Source: Vicugna vicugna (lineage: Eukaryota). Taken from it: a DNA stretch of 64,000 nt. This document shows positions 1 to 12,096 of this stretch, piece after piece; the first letter of the stretch is position 1; every line of letters begins with the position of its first letter. Where the stretch lies: the NCBI GenBank assembly GCA_013265495.1, contig MU057947.1:1064048-1128047 (forward strand), written 5' to 3'. Under the pieces are notes generated by a model. It was not told the origin of the DNA. It saw only the letters and a program-made list of their open reading frames with translations, and did no database searches. Made by a program: the position numbers and the translations under genes.

Positions 1-149
1 CTCAGCGACGTTTGTCATACAAGGGCACGGCTACTGATTTTCACCAGATTGGGAAGCAATTCAACAGTCATCAGTCGAGGAGCAGAAAGGACCCTGCCTT
101 CCTGCCTCAGCCCCTGAGTGTCCTCCTCGGCGTCAGCACAGTCCCTGGC

Positions 150-570
150 TCCTCGGGTGTCCTTCTAGACACGTGCTGGCATGTTAAAGCACGTGCATTT
201 ACGCATGTGCTTCCCCTAACGAAACCCTGCACGTGTCCACCCCCTTCCACCCACTGTGTCTTGGAAAGTGTTCCGTGTTTGTCTTTGGAGATCCAGCCCG
301 TTCTCTTAACAGCCCGCCTAGAGTCGCAGTCAGTGGCTGTCCCATCGTTTGTTTAACAGTCCCTTGGTGGTGGGTTTCAAACCACCGTCCATTCCACGTG
401 GTGGTACCTGTGTCGTGGTGCCCAGAGGTAGCATTTCCATGGTCTCAGCCCTAGAATGGAAGTTGCCGGGTCAGAGGGCAGAAGCTCTTAAAATATTGGT
501 GGAAGTTGCCAAAATGCACTGTGAAGTCTGTCTGTGTGCGTGTCACTGTCCCACCCGTGTGCCACCAGTG
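150..570 (-). mobile_element. Ancient L1 (L1ME-like) 3' remnant
   Basis: tagaatggaagttgccgggtcagaggg...gttgccaaaatgc resembles old L1 3' ends; heavily diverged. Confidence 0.45.
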
Positions 571-974
571 GCCAACAAGGACGGCTGGTCCCCAGAGCCT
601 CACATTAGGACTTCAAGAATTATTTGATGCTTTCGGTGATGTTTGGAACAGTGAGTTTTTAGAATGGTTTGTCTCTAGAAATTCAAATCACTTCACACTA
701 CTGGTGTTTTGTGCATTGTGTGACATTTCAAATGAAGTAACAGGTCAAGCCCATGGCCGCTGACCAGCATGTGTTAAGTATTCAGGAAGTGTTGCTCCTT
801 TTCTCTGGAAGGATAGCTGTCTGTGGCTGTTTTCCAGAAAGAGGAAAAATTCAACTGAGGATATGTTGGAAAGGGGGTAGGAGCTGGCCGAGCTCCTACT
901 TGTGGGGGCGCCACATCCTTCGTCCAGGCAACCTCCAGCAGCCCTCGGAGCGGGTGGTGTTAACCTGCACCTAC

Positions 975-1065
975 CGATGAGCTGCTGGGGCCCAGGGAGG
1001 TCAGGTGCCTCCTCGGGGTCACACTGTCAGTGAACCACGGAACCAGATTAGACCCCAAAGCCTGC
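975..1065 (-). mobile_element. MIR fragment
   Basis: gatgagctgctggggcccagggaggtcagg...ggtcacactg...ggaaccagattagacccc. Confidence 0.55.
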
Positions 1066-1927
1066 GCACTTTGTCCCCCTCAAGCGATTGTCAGCTTCGC
1101 CCATGGGAGTGGCGAGCTTCTGTGTGATGCTCTGTGGCCGAGTGTCTGGAAGCCTCTTCTCTGGGCGTCTGTCGAGCTGTCTACCTGTAGCTGCGGAGCA
1201 ATCAGTCCGCCCCTGGGGACCGATGGCAGAGATGTGCCTGGATCTCACGTAAGCCCCTGCTCACATGTCTCTCCTTAAGTTCTAGCCAAAAGGTCTCAGT
1301 GTTATTCCCAAATTATTCAAGTTAAGAAACAAAACCGGAAGGAAAGTCATGTACATGCCTGGTGCATTATTAATAAGGCAGAGAAAAGCCTCCCCCCCAA
1401 AAGCAGTGAGATCTTCGGGAAAAATAATTTTAACGTTCAAGTGGTCACACAGAGTTTAGAGGGGAAAGGGTCATTTTATACCAAGTTCCCTAAGCCTCCG
1501 AACGAGGCAGAGAGATTTATAATGAAGCCCACAGGAGATAATTCTGACAGGCACAAACCTGTATTTTCTCCATTATTAAGTGCATGTCTTCCTGAAGAAT
1601 AGAATATTTGGTTAAGATATTTTTCTGGTAAGTGTTCTCGGCAGCATGGGGAATTGCTGAGTGACAGCTCGGAGTCAGGCCCTTTCTGAAGAGCCGGACA
1701 GGGTGGGCCTGGGGTCTGGGACCAGCAGTCATTTCCATCCTCAGGAGGAGGAAGGCCGGCTCGCCTGCAAGCCCCCGCTGCCCCCAGGTCCCGGGGACGG
1801 ATGTGCTCAGTCTGTTCCTGAAAGTGCTTGGCTTTCAAGACGCCCACTTTTATGGAACAGTTAATGGTGTGCTGGCTTTAATGTAGATCAAGTGACAGTT
1901 TCATCCAAGCCATGCTGAAGGGGCCAG

Positions 1928-2347
1928 TGTCCTGGGTTTGCCTTAACAAATCACCACACACTGGGGGACTCAGAACGACAGATACTAATTTTCTCACAGC
2001 TCTAGGGGCCTGAAGTCCAAAGTCAAGGTGCCGGCAGGGCAGTGCTCCCTTTGGGAGCCGCAGGGGAGGTTCCTTCCTGCCTCTTCCAGCTCCTGGAAGC
2101 TCCTGATGTTTCTTGACTTGTGGCCACATCCCTCTGATCTCTGCCTCTCTTGTCACATGGCCTCCTTCCCTACGTGTCCCTCCTCTCTTTACAGGGACAC
2201 CAGCCATTGGGTGGAAGACCCACCCTGACTCCTTATGACCTCGTCCTAACTGATGACACCTGCAGGGACCCTGTTTCCACATCAGGTCACACTCTGGAAT
2301 TCCAGTGGGACATGAATTTTGGCGGGGGACACTATTCAATCCACACA
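1928..2347 (-). mobile_element. MaLR solo LTR (MLT1-type)
   Basis: acaaatcaccacacactgg...ttctcacagctctagg...aagtcaaggtg...ggggacactattcaatcc hallmark. Confidence 0.85.
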
Positions 2348-3739
2348 CTCAACAAATAAATACAATATTTAGCTTAAGAATAGATAAGCTAGGAAAGATA
2401 CCTTATACACAAAATTTCTCAAAATAAGGGATTTGAGTGTCTTGAACAGGGACACCTGGCAGCTAACCGGGGCACTGTGATGCGGGATCCAGAAGACCTG
2501 GTGGAGTGAAGACCTCAGACACCTGTGGGGGTCGCAGCGCAGAGTCACGTATCCCAGCTTCTCTGGTCCTTGGACGCTGCGGGGCTTCCCGCCAGTGGGC
2601 AGGGTTGTAGGGCCTCGGACGCTGGCCCCACGGGACTCTGTCCTCACCTTGTTTTTCCCTGCTTTTAGCAAGTTTCAGGGATAACCCACTTGGATTCACT
2701 GTGGTGGTGGAGACCCTGCAGGAGCGTGTTTGCTAACAGGGTGGGGCTGGCGGGTGAGTTGGCACCTGGGCGTGGCTCCCGCCCTGCCGGGCTGCTCTGA
2801 GCGGCTGGGGGCGACAGCTCCCCGTGCTCGTCCTGCTGGTACAGGCGCTCAGATTCGAATCCCCTGAAGCCGAAGCTCAGGTTCTTCCTGCCGTTTCCCT
2901 TTCGCTGCCTCTTCCCAGGAGGGTTTTGCTTGTTTGTTTTATAACCAACTGGGCTTTTCTTCAGCCAGAGTTTAATAACGCAGAATGATAAAGGTGGGAA
3001 TAATACGGAATTCTACATGCCCTACAGCTTACAGAAATAAAAGCTACTTTTATGAAGACAAGGCGGGCAAGAAACTGGGTTGGATTTAAAGCTTCAAGGT
3101 CAGAGCAGGGAGGAGACAGAAACAGTGGCATTAGGTCACGTGGGAGCGGGCCGGCTTCCCAGCATGTCCCTCCAGCTCTGCTCGCGGGCGTCTGCCTCCC
3201 TGGGGTCACCCTCTTCCCCCCGAAGGCAGGACAGTGGTGCGCGTGCCTCTCGTCCCCCCAAGTCAGCGTGTTGGGTGGCCCTGATTTCACACCGTCAGAC
3301 GAAGTCCCTCGGGGCTGAGAGTTTGGGGAGCTTTGCTCCTGGGGTCTGTGAGCCAGAGCATTCCATTTGTCTGGTGGCTCCCCTGGAATTTTTCAAATGA
3401 TATGTCAACAGTGTGTGAGGTGAGTTAAAACCACAGTGTGTCGTTTCTGTCCGTACACACACATGCACACACCAGAAAAAGGCTCGTTCTTAGGAGGGGA
3501 AAGGGGGCTTAAGGTTCACCGGTAATGTTTCATTGTTTTTTTTCAGTGATTTTTTTCTTTTTACGTGAAAGTAGAAACGTGTGTGGTGTAAAAGCCCCGT
3601 CGCACTGCTGGGCTGGTAACCAGAGTGGCAGTCGCCTCTCCCCGCCTCTCTCTCTTTATGTTCTTGCCCCTTTTAGGTCTTAGCTCTCTTTAGCTCTTTC
3701 ATTTGACATTTGATTCTGTGTATCGAACACGGGCTTGCA

Positions 3740-4400
3740 CGGGTGCTTGTGGTTGCTCTATTTAGAACGTTACTTGTTGCCTTTCTCTTGACTCTACTGT
3801 TTGATCATTTCTGCTTCGTTTTTTCTGTCCTCACCTTCTGGGACTCTGATGTTCGAATGTTGGACCTTCTTGGGGAATCACCCAATTCCTAATTTTTCGG
3901 TCTCTTATTTTCTATCGCTGTCTCTCTGTTCAGCTTTCTGGAATATGTCCTCAGTGTTATCTTTCAAACTTTTCAAAGAATTTTCCTCAGTTCTGCTCTC
4001 CTTTCAATTTGGAGCACTCTCTCCTGCCACTTGAATGCACCTGTCTTATGCGCAGGCGTGTTGTGGGGGCACCGTTTGCTACCTCCCTGAGGATTCTGGT
4101 CCCAGGTTTTCCCCATGACGTGTCTGTTCAGATTCCTGCATTGTGTCTGCTGCCTGTGAATTTCCCTTGTTTTGTTGGATTGGTTTCTTGCACAGAGCCG
4201 TTTCTCCCTGGCCTGGTGATTCATGGCAGCTCACCAGTACTTGAGGGAGAGGCCCCAAGATGCCGGCTGAAGCTTTGTGCAGGTGACACTTCCCGACTTG
4301 TGGTTCCTTGGGGTTGATCGTTCCTTGAGGACCTGCTCATTTTACTGCAAGTCTCTTGTCAGCGTCTGTAGGTTTTTCCTCCTGGGCAGATGTTTTTCCT
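3740..4400 (-). mobile_element. Old L1 ORF1/5' remnant
   Basis: tcctcaccttctgggactctgatgttcgaatgttggacc is homologous to the IIGVPEG region of ORF1. Confidence 0.55.
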
Positions 4401-4432
4401 GGAGAGGAACCCTCCACTGCCCGCTTGTGGGG

Positions 4433-4756
4433 TGTGTCCAGTTGCTGAGGGTGCCATACCATAATGGCACAGATGGGTTAGCTGTTTAACAGTAGACGTT
4501 TGTGTCCTCCCAGGCTGGAGGCCGGCAGCCGGAAGTGCAAGGTCAAGGTGTTGGCAGGGTTGGGTCTCTTGGCTGTGTCCTCACGTGGTCTTTGTGCCCG
4601 TGTGCTGCATCCCTGGCGTTTCTTCCTCTTCTGATAAGGACGCTGGTCCTGTCCATCAGGACTCACCTCCTTAAAGGTCCTGTCTCCAGACACAGTCATA
4701 CTTGGGGCTAGGGCTTCCACATGTGAATTTTGGGGGGACACAGTTGAATCCATGAT
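4433..4756 (-). mobile_element. MaLR solo LTR (MLT1A/B-like)
   Basis: ggtcaaggtgttggcaggg...gggcttccacatgtgaattttggggggacacagttgaatccat. Confidence 0.8.
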
Positions 4757-6734
4757 GTAGGGTGTAAGCTGGCTGTCAGTGTCCTGTGAGCCCAGGTTGG
4801 GGGCTGGGAGCCTTGAATGGAAACAGACTTTCACTCAGTGCCCTTGTTTTCGGTGCCTCCTTCCACTTCCATCTTCAGCCAGAACCAGTCTGGTTCCTCC
4901 TCCCAAAGGTGCCTCTTGTCTCCTTGCGGGCTGGGGGGCATCTCGTGGTCCTGGGCTGGTGGCTGGGACACCTTTCACCACAGCGCCGGGCTGCAGGCTC
5001 ACTGGCTCGCCCTCAGGGGAGCTGGTGCCCCTGTTCCCTCTCTGGGAATCCTGAGCTCTGCAGACCGCGCCCCAACCCCCAGGCTTCGATAAGCTCGGCT
5101 TCCCTGCTCCACAGCCGGCACCCCTCAGGTCCGGCGGCCAGCGCTCTGACCTCGCTGGTCAGCAGCACTTTCTTTCTCCTCTTTGTCCTCGGGGGACTCT
5201 CCCTTTTTGTTCCTATATTGCCGTTTCCACAGTGGGTCTGGGCAGGAAAGGAGGAGAGTGACGTTCGGTGGGCCACATCTAATCAGAAGTCTGTGGTGCC
5301 CGAGAATGGTGAGCTCGCACAAGGTGGCCACGGGGACTCCTCACTCCACCCTTTTAACCTCTGTGACCTGAGACAGTGGTGTCGCAGGCGTGTGGCTTCA
5401 TCACAGCACAGAATTCACGGGAGAACCTGTATACATTCCATTTTTTGGCAGAAAATCTTGATGGTTTGTCTCCCAGGATGAGAGTTAAAGTTCATATCGC
5501 ATTTGTGGGTTCATGTCCTCTGAATCCAGTGAAGGTATTTGGTAGAAGCTAGTGCCCCTGAGAGGTAAGGACTCGTCAGTGTTGGCACAGCAGCGTCAGC
5601 TTTATTTCGGAATGAATGGCTCCCAGAAAGAGTGACGGATCTTGTCTTCCCATCTTCTGTAGTTTTTGAGACTCAAGTCAGAAGTCTTTCCCCCTCTTCA
5701 CCTGTATTTCCACGTTTGTCTTTATCCAACGGGAAATTCATCACCGGTGCTTCAAGCTGAGGGTCTGTTCTGCCTAAAACTCAGCGACACCCACCTCTCC
5801 CTGCTCCTTTCTCTTGTTTCAACTACTATTTTGACCTTAATACTGTGTCTTATCAACTATTAAATAATAAAGGAACCCAAGCGGGAATCTGCCTAATTAC
5901 TTCCCTCAGCTTTTATGGGGAGCGCGTGTGAATGGAGCAGAGCCCCCCGGGGTGGGTAGCCCTCCTGGTTTTATGTGCTCCGTCCTGTGATGGGCGTAAT
6001 TAATGCCCGAGTCCATAAAGAGCCACGCTGTGCACCTCATAAAACTTGGAGGAGGCGTAAAAGCCCCCTCGTGCTGCTGGTCGTCATGGTTACCATTTGG
6101 GGAGCACTTTATTATGGATTCCCAGCCCCGTCCTTTCCTTACCAGGTGATCAGCAAAGATTTCTGGTCACTGTGTGCCCCTCTTCTCCCTGTTGGATGCC
6201 TGGGCCTGGCTGGAGGTCGGACGTGGGGACTTGGGGTAGTTTGATGCATGGTCACGGGGACGTCGGGCGAATCAGGCCAGATGAGTTAATGACAACCAGT
6301 ATTAGATCCCAGGTTGGTGACAAACCAGAACTGGCCGATGGTGGTAGACACTGGGTGGAGGCTGTGGGGCTGCGGGAGGTGAAGGTGCGCCCTGCACTGC
6401 AGTGCCTGAAGGGCCTTCCCTCAGAGACCGATGGCCCTGGTGGACCCCCAGCCAGGGCAAAGGGAAGCCAGTGTCCCCCGCACCAGGAAGCTGTTTCTAA
6501 CTGCCCGAGATTCCCTGTGAGGGGACAGTCTCCTGTGCAGGGAAGAGGGCTGGGCCCAGTGCACTTCTGGGAATGCCAGGGAGGCGCTCTCAGGCCTGGG
6601 GGGAGACCTCACCCCTCCCACCTCCTGGAAATCCTGACCCTCTGGTGTCTCCCCCGCACCATCCGATCTCCTCCCTTTCCCTCACTCACCTCCACCTGCT
6701 CTCTCTGCCAGCCTCCTCCCCGGGTCTCTCCAGT

Positions 6735-7158
6735 GGGTTAAAACAACACGTATTGATCTCTTACAGTTCTGGAGGCCAGCAGTCTGCAGGCGGCTTTACT
6801 GGGCTGACACCAGTGCTGGCAGGCCCTCCCCCCAGAGGCGCGAGGGGGGAACCTGCTCCCAGCCTCAGGGGCGCGTTCCCTGTGGCTCGCCTTGTCTCGG
6901 GGTCCCTTCCTCCCTCTTCACAACAGGGGGCTCCAGTCAGTCATGTGCCTTCCTCCTTTGTCTCAATCTCCCCCTGCTGCCCTCTTGTAAGGACGCTTGT
7001 GATGGCATTTAGGGCCACCTCATCATCCAGAATGACCTCCCCACCTGGAGATCCTTAACTTAGTCACACCTGCAGAGTCTCTCTTGCCATGTAAGGAAAT
7101 AGTCCCGGGACACAGAGATTAGGACCTGGCCATCTCTGGGGGCCATCATTCAGCTGTA
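6735..7158 (-). mobile_element. MaLR solo LTR (MLT1-type)
   Basis: ttaaaacaacac...tcttacagttctggaggcc...gatccttaacttagtcacacctgcagagtc. Confidence 0.85.
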
Positions 7159-7186
7159 AAAAGAGCCCCCGCTGGGCGGTTTAGAG

Positions 7187-7600
7187 TGTCAGTTAAGCGC
7201 TGTGTTCTGCATAACGAAGCACCCGAACACGTGGTCACTGAGAACACCTGCACCTACAGGCCAGCTGTGGGCCAGGCGGGCTCGCTCGTGTGTCTGGGGT
7301 CTGCTGGGTGGGTTGGTCTAGTAGGATGGGCTCAGCTGGGATGGCCTGCCCCTCCTCTGACTGTATCTGACGCCCCTCAGCTTGCTCGGCCCCACGTCCC
7401 CATGTCCTTGGTCTCATGGTGACTGCGGAGAAGCAGGGAGGAAGCAGTAACGCACGAGCCCTTCCAGAGCCTCTTCCTGATACCGAGTTTGCTCCATCAA
7501 AGCGAGTCCCATGGCTGAGACTCAGCCGTGGAGGAGACCCCAGGGGTGCAGGGCAAAGTGGGGCTGCAGGGAGGCTCTGAATTGGGGTCATCAGTCTAAC
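7187..7600 (-). mobile_element. Old MaLR LTR remnant (MLT1H/I-like)
   Basis: tgtcagttaag...gcataacgaagcaccc...ggctcagctggg; diverged. Confidence 0.45.
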
Positions 7601-7639
7601 TGGCCTTCCGCAGTGGACACTGGATTGGGGGCGTGGCTG

Positions 7640-7706
7640 TGCGTGGCTCCCTGTGTGACTGTGGGCAAGCTCCTGTCCTCTCTGAGTCTCCGTGTCCTCA
7701 TTTCTT
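7640..7706 (+). mobile_element. MIR SINE, left half (split by L1 insertions)
   Basis: ctgtgtgactgtgggcaagctcc...tctctgagtctccgtgtcctcattt matches the MIR core up to ...cctcatct. Confidence 0.75.
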
Positions 7707-7871
7707 TATTTTTTCTTTTTTTTGTGTGTATATATTTCCCTGTGCTATACAGTGTAATCTTGTTTATCTATTCTACAATTTTGAAATCCCAGTCTATCCC
7801 TTCCCACCCTCTACCCCCCTGGTAACCACAAGTCTATATTCTCTGTCCATGAGTCTATTTCTGTCCTGTAT

Positions 7872-10800
7872 TTATGCTTTGTTTTTGTTTGTTTGTTTGT
7901 TTTTGTTTTTTAGATTCCACATATGAGCGATCTCATATGGTATTTTTCTTTCTCTTTCTTCACTTAGAATGACATTCTCCAGGAGCATCCATGTTGCTGC
8001 AAATGGCATTATGTTGTTGGTTTTTATGGCTGAGTAGTATTCCATTGTATAAATATACCACCTCTTCTTTATCCAGTCACCTATTGATGGACATTTAGGC
8101 TGTTTCCATGTTTTGGCTATTGTAAATAGTGCTGCTATGAACATTGGAGTGCAGGTGTCATCCTGAAGTAGATTTCCTTCTGGATACAAGCCCAGGAGTG
8201 GGATTCCTGGGTCATATGGTAAGTCTATTCCTAGTCTTTTGAGGAATCTCCACACTGTTTTCCATAGTGGCTGCACCAAACTGCATTCCCACCAGCAGTG
8301 TAGGAGGGTTCCCCTTTCTCCACAGCCTCTCCAGCATTTGTCATTTTTGGATTTTTGAATGACGGCCATTCTGACTGGTGTGAAGTGATACCTCATTGTA
8401 GTTTTGATTTGCATTTCTCTGATAATTAGTGATATTGAGCATTTTTTCATGTGCTTTTTGATCATTTGTATGTCTTCCTTGGAGAATTGCTTGTTTAGGT
8501 CTTCTGCCCATTTTTGGATTGGGTTGTTTATTTTTTTCTTATTGAGTCGTATGAGCTGCTTATATATTTTGGAGATCAAGCCTTTGTCGGTTTCACTTGC
8601 AAAAATTTTCTCCCATTCCGTAGGTTTTCTTCTTGTTTTATTTCTGGTTTCCTTTGCTCTGCAGAAGCTTGTAAGTTTCATTAGGTCCCATTTGTTTATT
8701 CTTGCTTTTATTTCTTCTAGGAGAAAATTTTTGAAATGTATGTCAGATAATGTTTTGCCTATGTTTTCCTCTAGGAGGTTTATTGTATCTTGTCTTATGT
8801 TTAAGTCTTTAATCCATTTTGAGTTGATTTTTGTATATGGTGTAAGGGTGTGTTCTAGCTTCATTGTTTTACATGCTGCTGTCCAGTTTTCCCAACACCA
8901 TTTGCTGAAGAGACTGTCTTTATTCCATTGTATATTCTTGCCTCCTTTGTCGAAGATGAGTTGACCAAAAGTTTGTGGGTTCATTTCTGGGCTCTCTATT
9001 CTGTTCCATTGGTCTATATGTCTGTTTTGGTACCAATACCATGCTGTCTTGATGACTGTAGCTCTATAGTATTGTCTGAAGTCTGGGAGAGTTATTCCTC
9101 CAGCCTCTTTCTTTCTCTTCAGTAATGCTTTAGCAATTCTAGGTCTTTGATGGTTCCATATAAATTTTATTATGATTTGTTCTAGTTCTGTGAAATATGT
9201 CCTGGGTAATTGGATAGGGATTGCATTAAATCTGTAGATTGCCTTGGGCAGTGTGACCATTTTAACAATATTGATTCTTCCAATCCAAGAGCATGGAATA
9301 TCTTTCCATTTTTTAAAGTCTTCTTTAATTTCCTTCATCAATGGTTTATAGTTTTCTGTGTATAATTCTTTCACCTCCTTGGTTAGATTTATTCCCAGAT
9401 ATTTTATTACTTTGGGTGCTATTTTAAAGGGGATTGTTTCTTTACTTTCTTTTTCTGTTGATTTATCGTTAGTGTAAAGAAAGGCAACTGATTTTTGAAC
9501 ATTAATTTTGTAACCTGCTACCTTGCTGAATTCTTCGATCAGCTCTAGTAGCTTTTTTGTGGACCTTTTAGGGTTTTCTATATATAGTAACATGTCGTCA
9601 GCATATAATGACACTTTTACCTCTTCTTTTCCAATTTGGATCCCTTTTATTTCTTTCTCTTGCCTGATTGCTGTGGCTAGGACTTCCAGGACTATATTGA
9701 ATAGGAGTGGTGATAGTGGGCATCCTTGTCTTGTCCCAGATTTTAGTGGGAAGCTTTTGAGTTTTTCACCGTTGAGAACTATGCTGGCTATAGGTTTGTC
9801 ATATATAGCTTTTATTATGTTGAGATATGTTCCCTCTATACCCACTTTGGCGAGAGTTTTTATCATAAATGGGTGTTGAATTTTATCAAATGCTTTTTCT
9901 GCATCGATTGAGATGATCATGTGGTTTTTGTCCTTTCTCTTGTTGATGTGATGTATTACATTGATTGATTTGCGTATGTTGAACCAGCCTTGTGTCCCTG
10001 GGATGAACCCCACTTGGTCATGATGTATAATCTTTTTTATGTGTTGTTGGATTCTATTTGCTAAAATTTTGGTGAGGATTTTGGCGTCTATGTTCATCAG
10101 TGATATTGGCCTATAATTCTCTTTTTTTGTAGTGTCTTTGCCTGGTTTTGGTATCAGGGTGATGGTGGCTTCATAGAATGAGTTTGGGAGTATTCCCTCC
10201 TTTTCAATCGTCTGGAAGAGTTTGAGAAGGACTGGTATGAGTTCTTCTTTGTATGTTTGGTAGAATTCCCCGGTGAAGCCGTCCGGTCCTGGACTTTTAT
10301 TTGTAGGGAGGTTTTTAATTGCTATTTCTATTTCCTTTCTAGTGATCGGATTGTTCAAGTGTTCAGTTTCTTCTTGATTCAGTTTTGGTGGACAGTATGT
10401 TTCCAGAAACTTGTCCATCTCCTCTAGGTTATCCAGTTTGGTTCCATATAGTTTTTCATAATATTCTCGTATGATATTCTGTATTTCTATTTTGTTTGTT
10501 GTAATTTCTCCATTTTCCTTTCTTATTTTGCTAATTTGTGCTCTCTCTTTTTTCTTCTTTGTGAGTTTGGCCAGAGGTTTGTCGATTTTATTTACTTTTT
10601 CAAAAAACCAGCTTTTGGTTTGGTTGATTTTTTCTATGGTCTTGTTAATCTCTATTGTATTTAATTCCTCTCTGATCTTTATTATTTCCTTCCTTCTGCT
10701 GCTTTTTGGGGCTTTTTGTTCTTCTTTTTCTAATTGATTCAGGTGGTGGGTTAACTTGTTTATTTGAGATTGTTCTTCTTTTTTGAGGAAGGCCTGTATC

Positions 10801-11699
10801 GCTATAAACTTCCCTCTTAGCACTGCCTTTGCTGTGTCCCATAGGTTTTGAGTGGTTGTGCTTTCATTATCATTTGTCTCAAGGTATTTTTTAATTTCAG
10901 CTTTGATTTCCTCATTGATCCATTGTTTTTTCAATAACATATTGTTTAATCTCCATGCTTTTCTTTTTTTCTCCTTTGTTTCTCTGTTGTTGATTTCCAG
11001 TTTCATGGCATTGTGGTCAGTAAAGATGCTTGAGATAATTTCTATCTTCTTAAATTTGTTGAGGTTTCTTTTGTGTCCAAGTACATGATCGATCCTGGAA
11101 AATGTTCCATGTGCACTTGAAAAGAATGTATATTCTATTTTTTGGGGGTGTAATGCTCTGAAAATATCCACCAAATCTAGTTTTTCTATTGTAGTATTTA
11201 ATTTCTCTGTTGCCTTGTTTATTTTCTGTCTGGAAGATCTGTCTAGTGATGTTAATGCAGTGTTAAAATCTCCAACTATGATTGTATTCCCATCAATATC
11301 CCCCTTTATCTCTGTTAGTAATTCTTGTATGTACTTAGGTGCTCCTATATTGGGTGCATATATATTAACGAGTGTAATATCTTCATCTTGTATCACTCCT
11401 TTAATCATTATAAAATGTCCTTCTTTATCTTTCTTTATGGCCTTTGTTTTAAAGTCTATTTTGTCTGAAATCAGTACTGCAACACCTGCTTTTTTGGCTT
11501 TTCCATTTGCATGGAATATCCTTTTCCATCCTTTCACTCTCAATCTATATGTGTCCTTCTCCCTAAAGTGGGTCTCTTGTATGCAGCATATTGAAGGTTC
11601 TTGCTTTATTATCCAGTCTGCCACTCTATGTCTTTTGACTGGAGCATTTAGTCCATTAACATTTACAGTAATTAATGATAGATGTGTGTTTATTGCCAT
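7872..11699 (-). CDS. LINE-1 ORF2p (APE endonuclease, reverse transcriptase, CCHC domain), 1275 aa, altered C-terminus
   Basis: EN motifs NVNGLN, QETH, IYAPN, GDFN, RIDH, TDHN; RT motifs YRPISL, QGCPLSP, YADD, YLG; C-terminal [18 protein letters not shown]. Confidence 0.97.
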   Translation of the reverse strand: MAINTHLSLITVNVNGLNAPVKRHRVADWIIKQEPSICCIQETHFREKDTYRLRVKGWKRIFHANGKAKKAGVAVLISDKIDFKTKAIKKDKEGHFIMIKGVIQDEDITLVNIYAPNIGAPKYIQELLTEIKGDIDGNTIIVGDFNTALTSLDRSSRQKINKATEKLNTTIEKLDLVDIFRALHPQKIEYTFFSSAHGTFSRIDHVLGHKRNLNKFKKIEIISSIFTDHNAMKLEINNRETKEKKRKAWRLNNMLLKKQWINEEIKAEIKKYLETNDNESTTTQNLWDTAKAVLRGKFIAIQAFLKKEEQSQINKLTHHLNQLEKEEQKAPKSSRRKEIIKIREELNTIEINKTIEKINQTKSWFFEKVNKIDKPLAKLTKKKKERAQISKIRKENGEITTNKIEIQNIIREYYEKLYGTKLDNLEEMDKFLETYCPPKLNQEETEHLNNPITRKEIEIAIKNLPTNKSPGPDGFTGEFYQTYKEELIPVLLKLFQTIEKEGILPNSFYEATITLIPKPGKDTTKKENYRPISLMNIDAKILTKILANRIQQHIKKIIHHDQVGFIPGTQGWFNIRKSINVIHHINKRKDKNHMIISIDAEKAFDKIQHPFMIKTLAKVGIEGTYLNIIKAIYDKPIASIVLNGEKLKSFPLKSGTRQGCPLSPLLFNIVLEVLATAIRQEKEIKGIQIGKEEVKVSLYADDMLLYIENPKRSTKKLLELIEEFSKVAGYKINVQKSVAFLYTNDKSTEKESKETIPFKIAPKVIKYLGINLTKEVKELYTENYKPLMKEIKEDFKKWKDIPCSWIGRINIVKMVTLPKAIYRFNAIPIQLPRTYFTELEQIIIKFIWNHQRPRIAKALLKRKKEAGGITLPDFRQYYRATVIKTAWYWYQNRHIDQWNRIESPEMNPQTFGQLIFDKGGKNIQWNKDSLFSKWCWENWTAACKTMKLEHTLTPYTKINSKWIKDLNIRQDTINLLEENIGKTLSDIHFKNFLLEEIKARINKWDLMKLTSFCRAKETRNKTRRKPTEWEKIFASETDKGLISKIYKQLIRLNKKKINNPIQKWAEDLNKQFSKEDIQMIKKHMKKCSISLIIREMQIKTTMRYHFTPVRMAVIQKSKNDKCWRGCGERGTLLHCWWECSLVQPLWKTVWRFLKRLGIDLPYDPGIPLLGLYPEGNLLQDDTCTPMFIAALFTIAKTWKQPKCPSIGDWIKKRWYIYTMEYYSAIKTNNIMPFAATWMLLENVILSEERERKIPYEIAHMWNLKNKNKQTNKNKA

Positions 11700-12096
11700 T
11701 TTGAACTTATCTTTGCAGTTGAATTGGTATATCCTCTTTGTTCCTTTCTTCTTCCTTTTGTGGTTTGGTAATTTTCCTTTGTATTATCATGGATTTTATT
11801 TAATTTTTGTGACTCCCTTGTAAATTTTTGACTTGTGGTTACCCTTTTTTGTAAATCTATTAACCTATACCCGTTTTTAATAAACTGATAATAACATGAT
11901 CTCAAACCCATCCTACTGTTAAAAAAATTTAAAAAAGAAAGAAAAAAAATTCTATATTTCCCTGCCTCCCTCTCCCACTCTCAGTGATTTGTATGTCTTC
12001 TTTTATAATTTCGTGTTTTCTTTATTTGTAATTCATGAGTTATCACCTTTCCAGTTGTACGTTTCTCATTTCTGTAGCATCCTGCTGCTTTTCTAT

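Noticed and set aside
609..650. 42-nt candidate coding exon (AG at 607-608, GTGAGT at 651; LQELFDAFGDVWN or DFKNYLMLSVMFGT)
   Set aside because: Weak pyrimidine tract and unrecognised peptide; cannot be supported without RNA data.
2845..2865. GATTCGAATCCC as a tRNA T-loop/B box
   Set aside because: No cloverleaf or A box around it; a short palindrome in GC-rich DNA.
4786..5481. 231-aa ORF (similarly 6097-6741, 46977-47609, 49148-49918)
   Set aside because: No recognisable domain, often non-ATG starts, GC-rich stop-poor sequence; several run through LTRs.
5477..5564. 88-nt candidate exon (tctcccAG ... GAG|GTAAGG)
   Set aside because: The ATG frame stops within it and no partner exon is identifiable; a non-coding exon remains possible.
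8404..11823. Plus-strand hydrophobic ORFs (186, 118 and 202 aa, etc.)
   Set aside because: Antisense shadows of the A-rich L1 ORF2.
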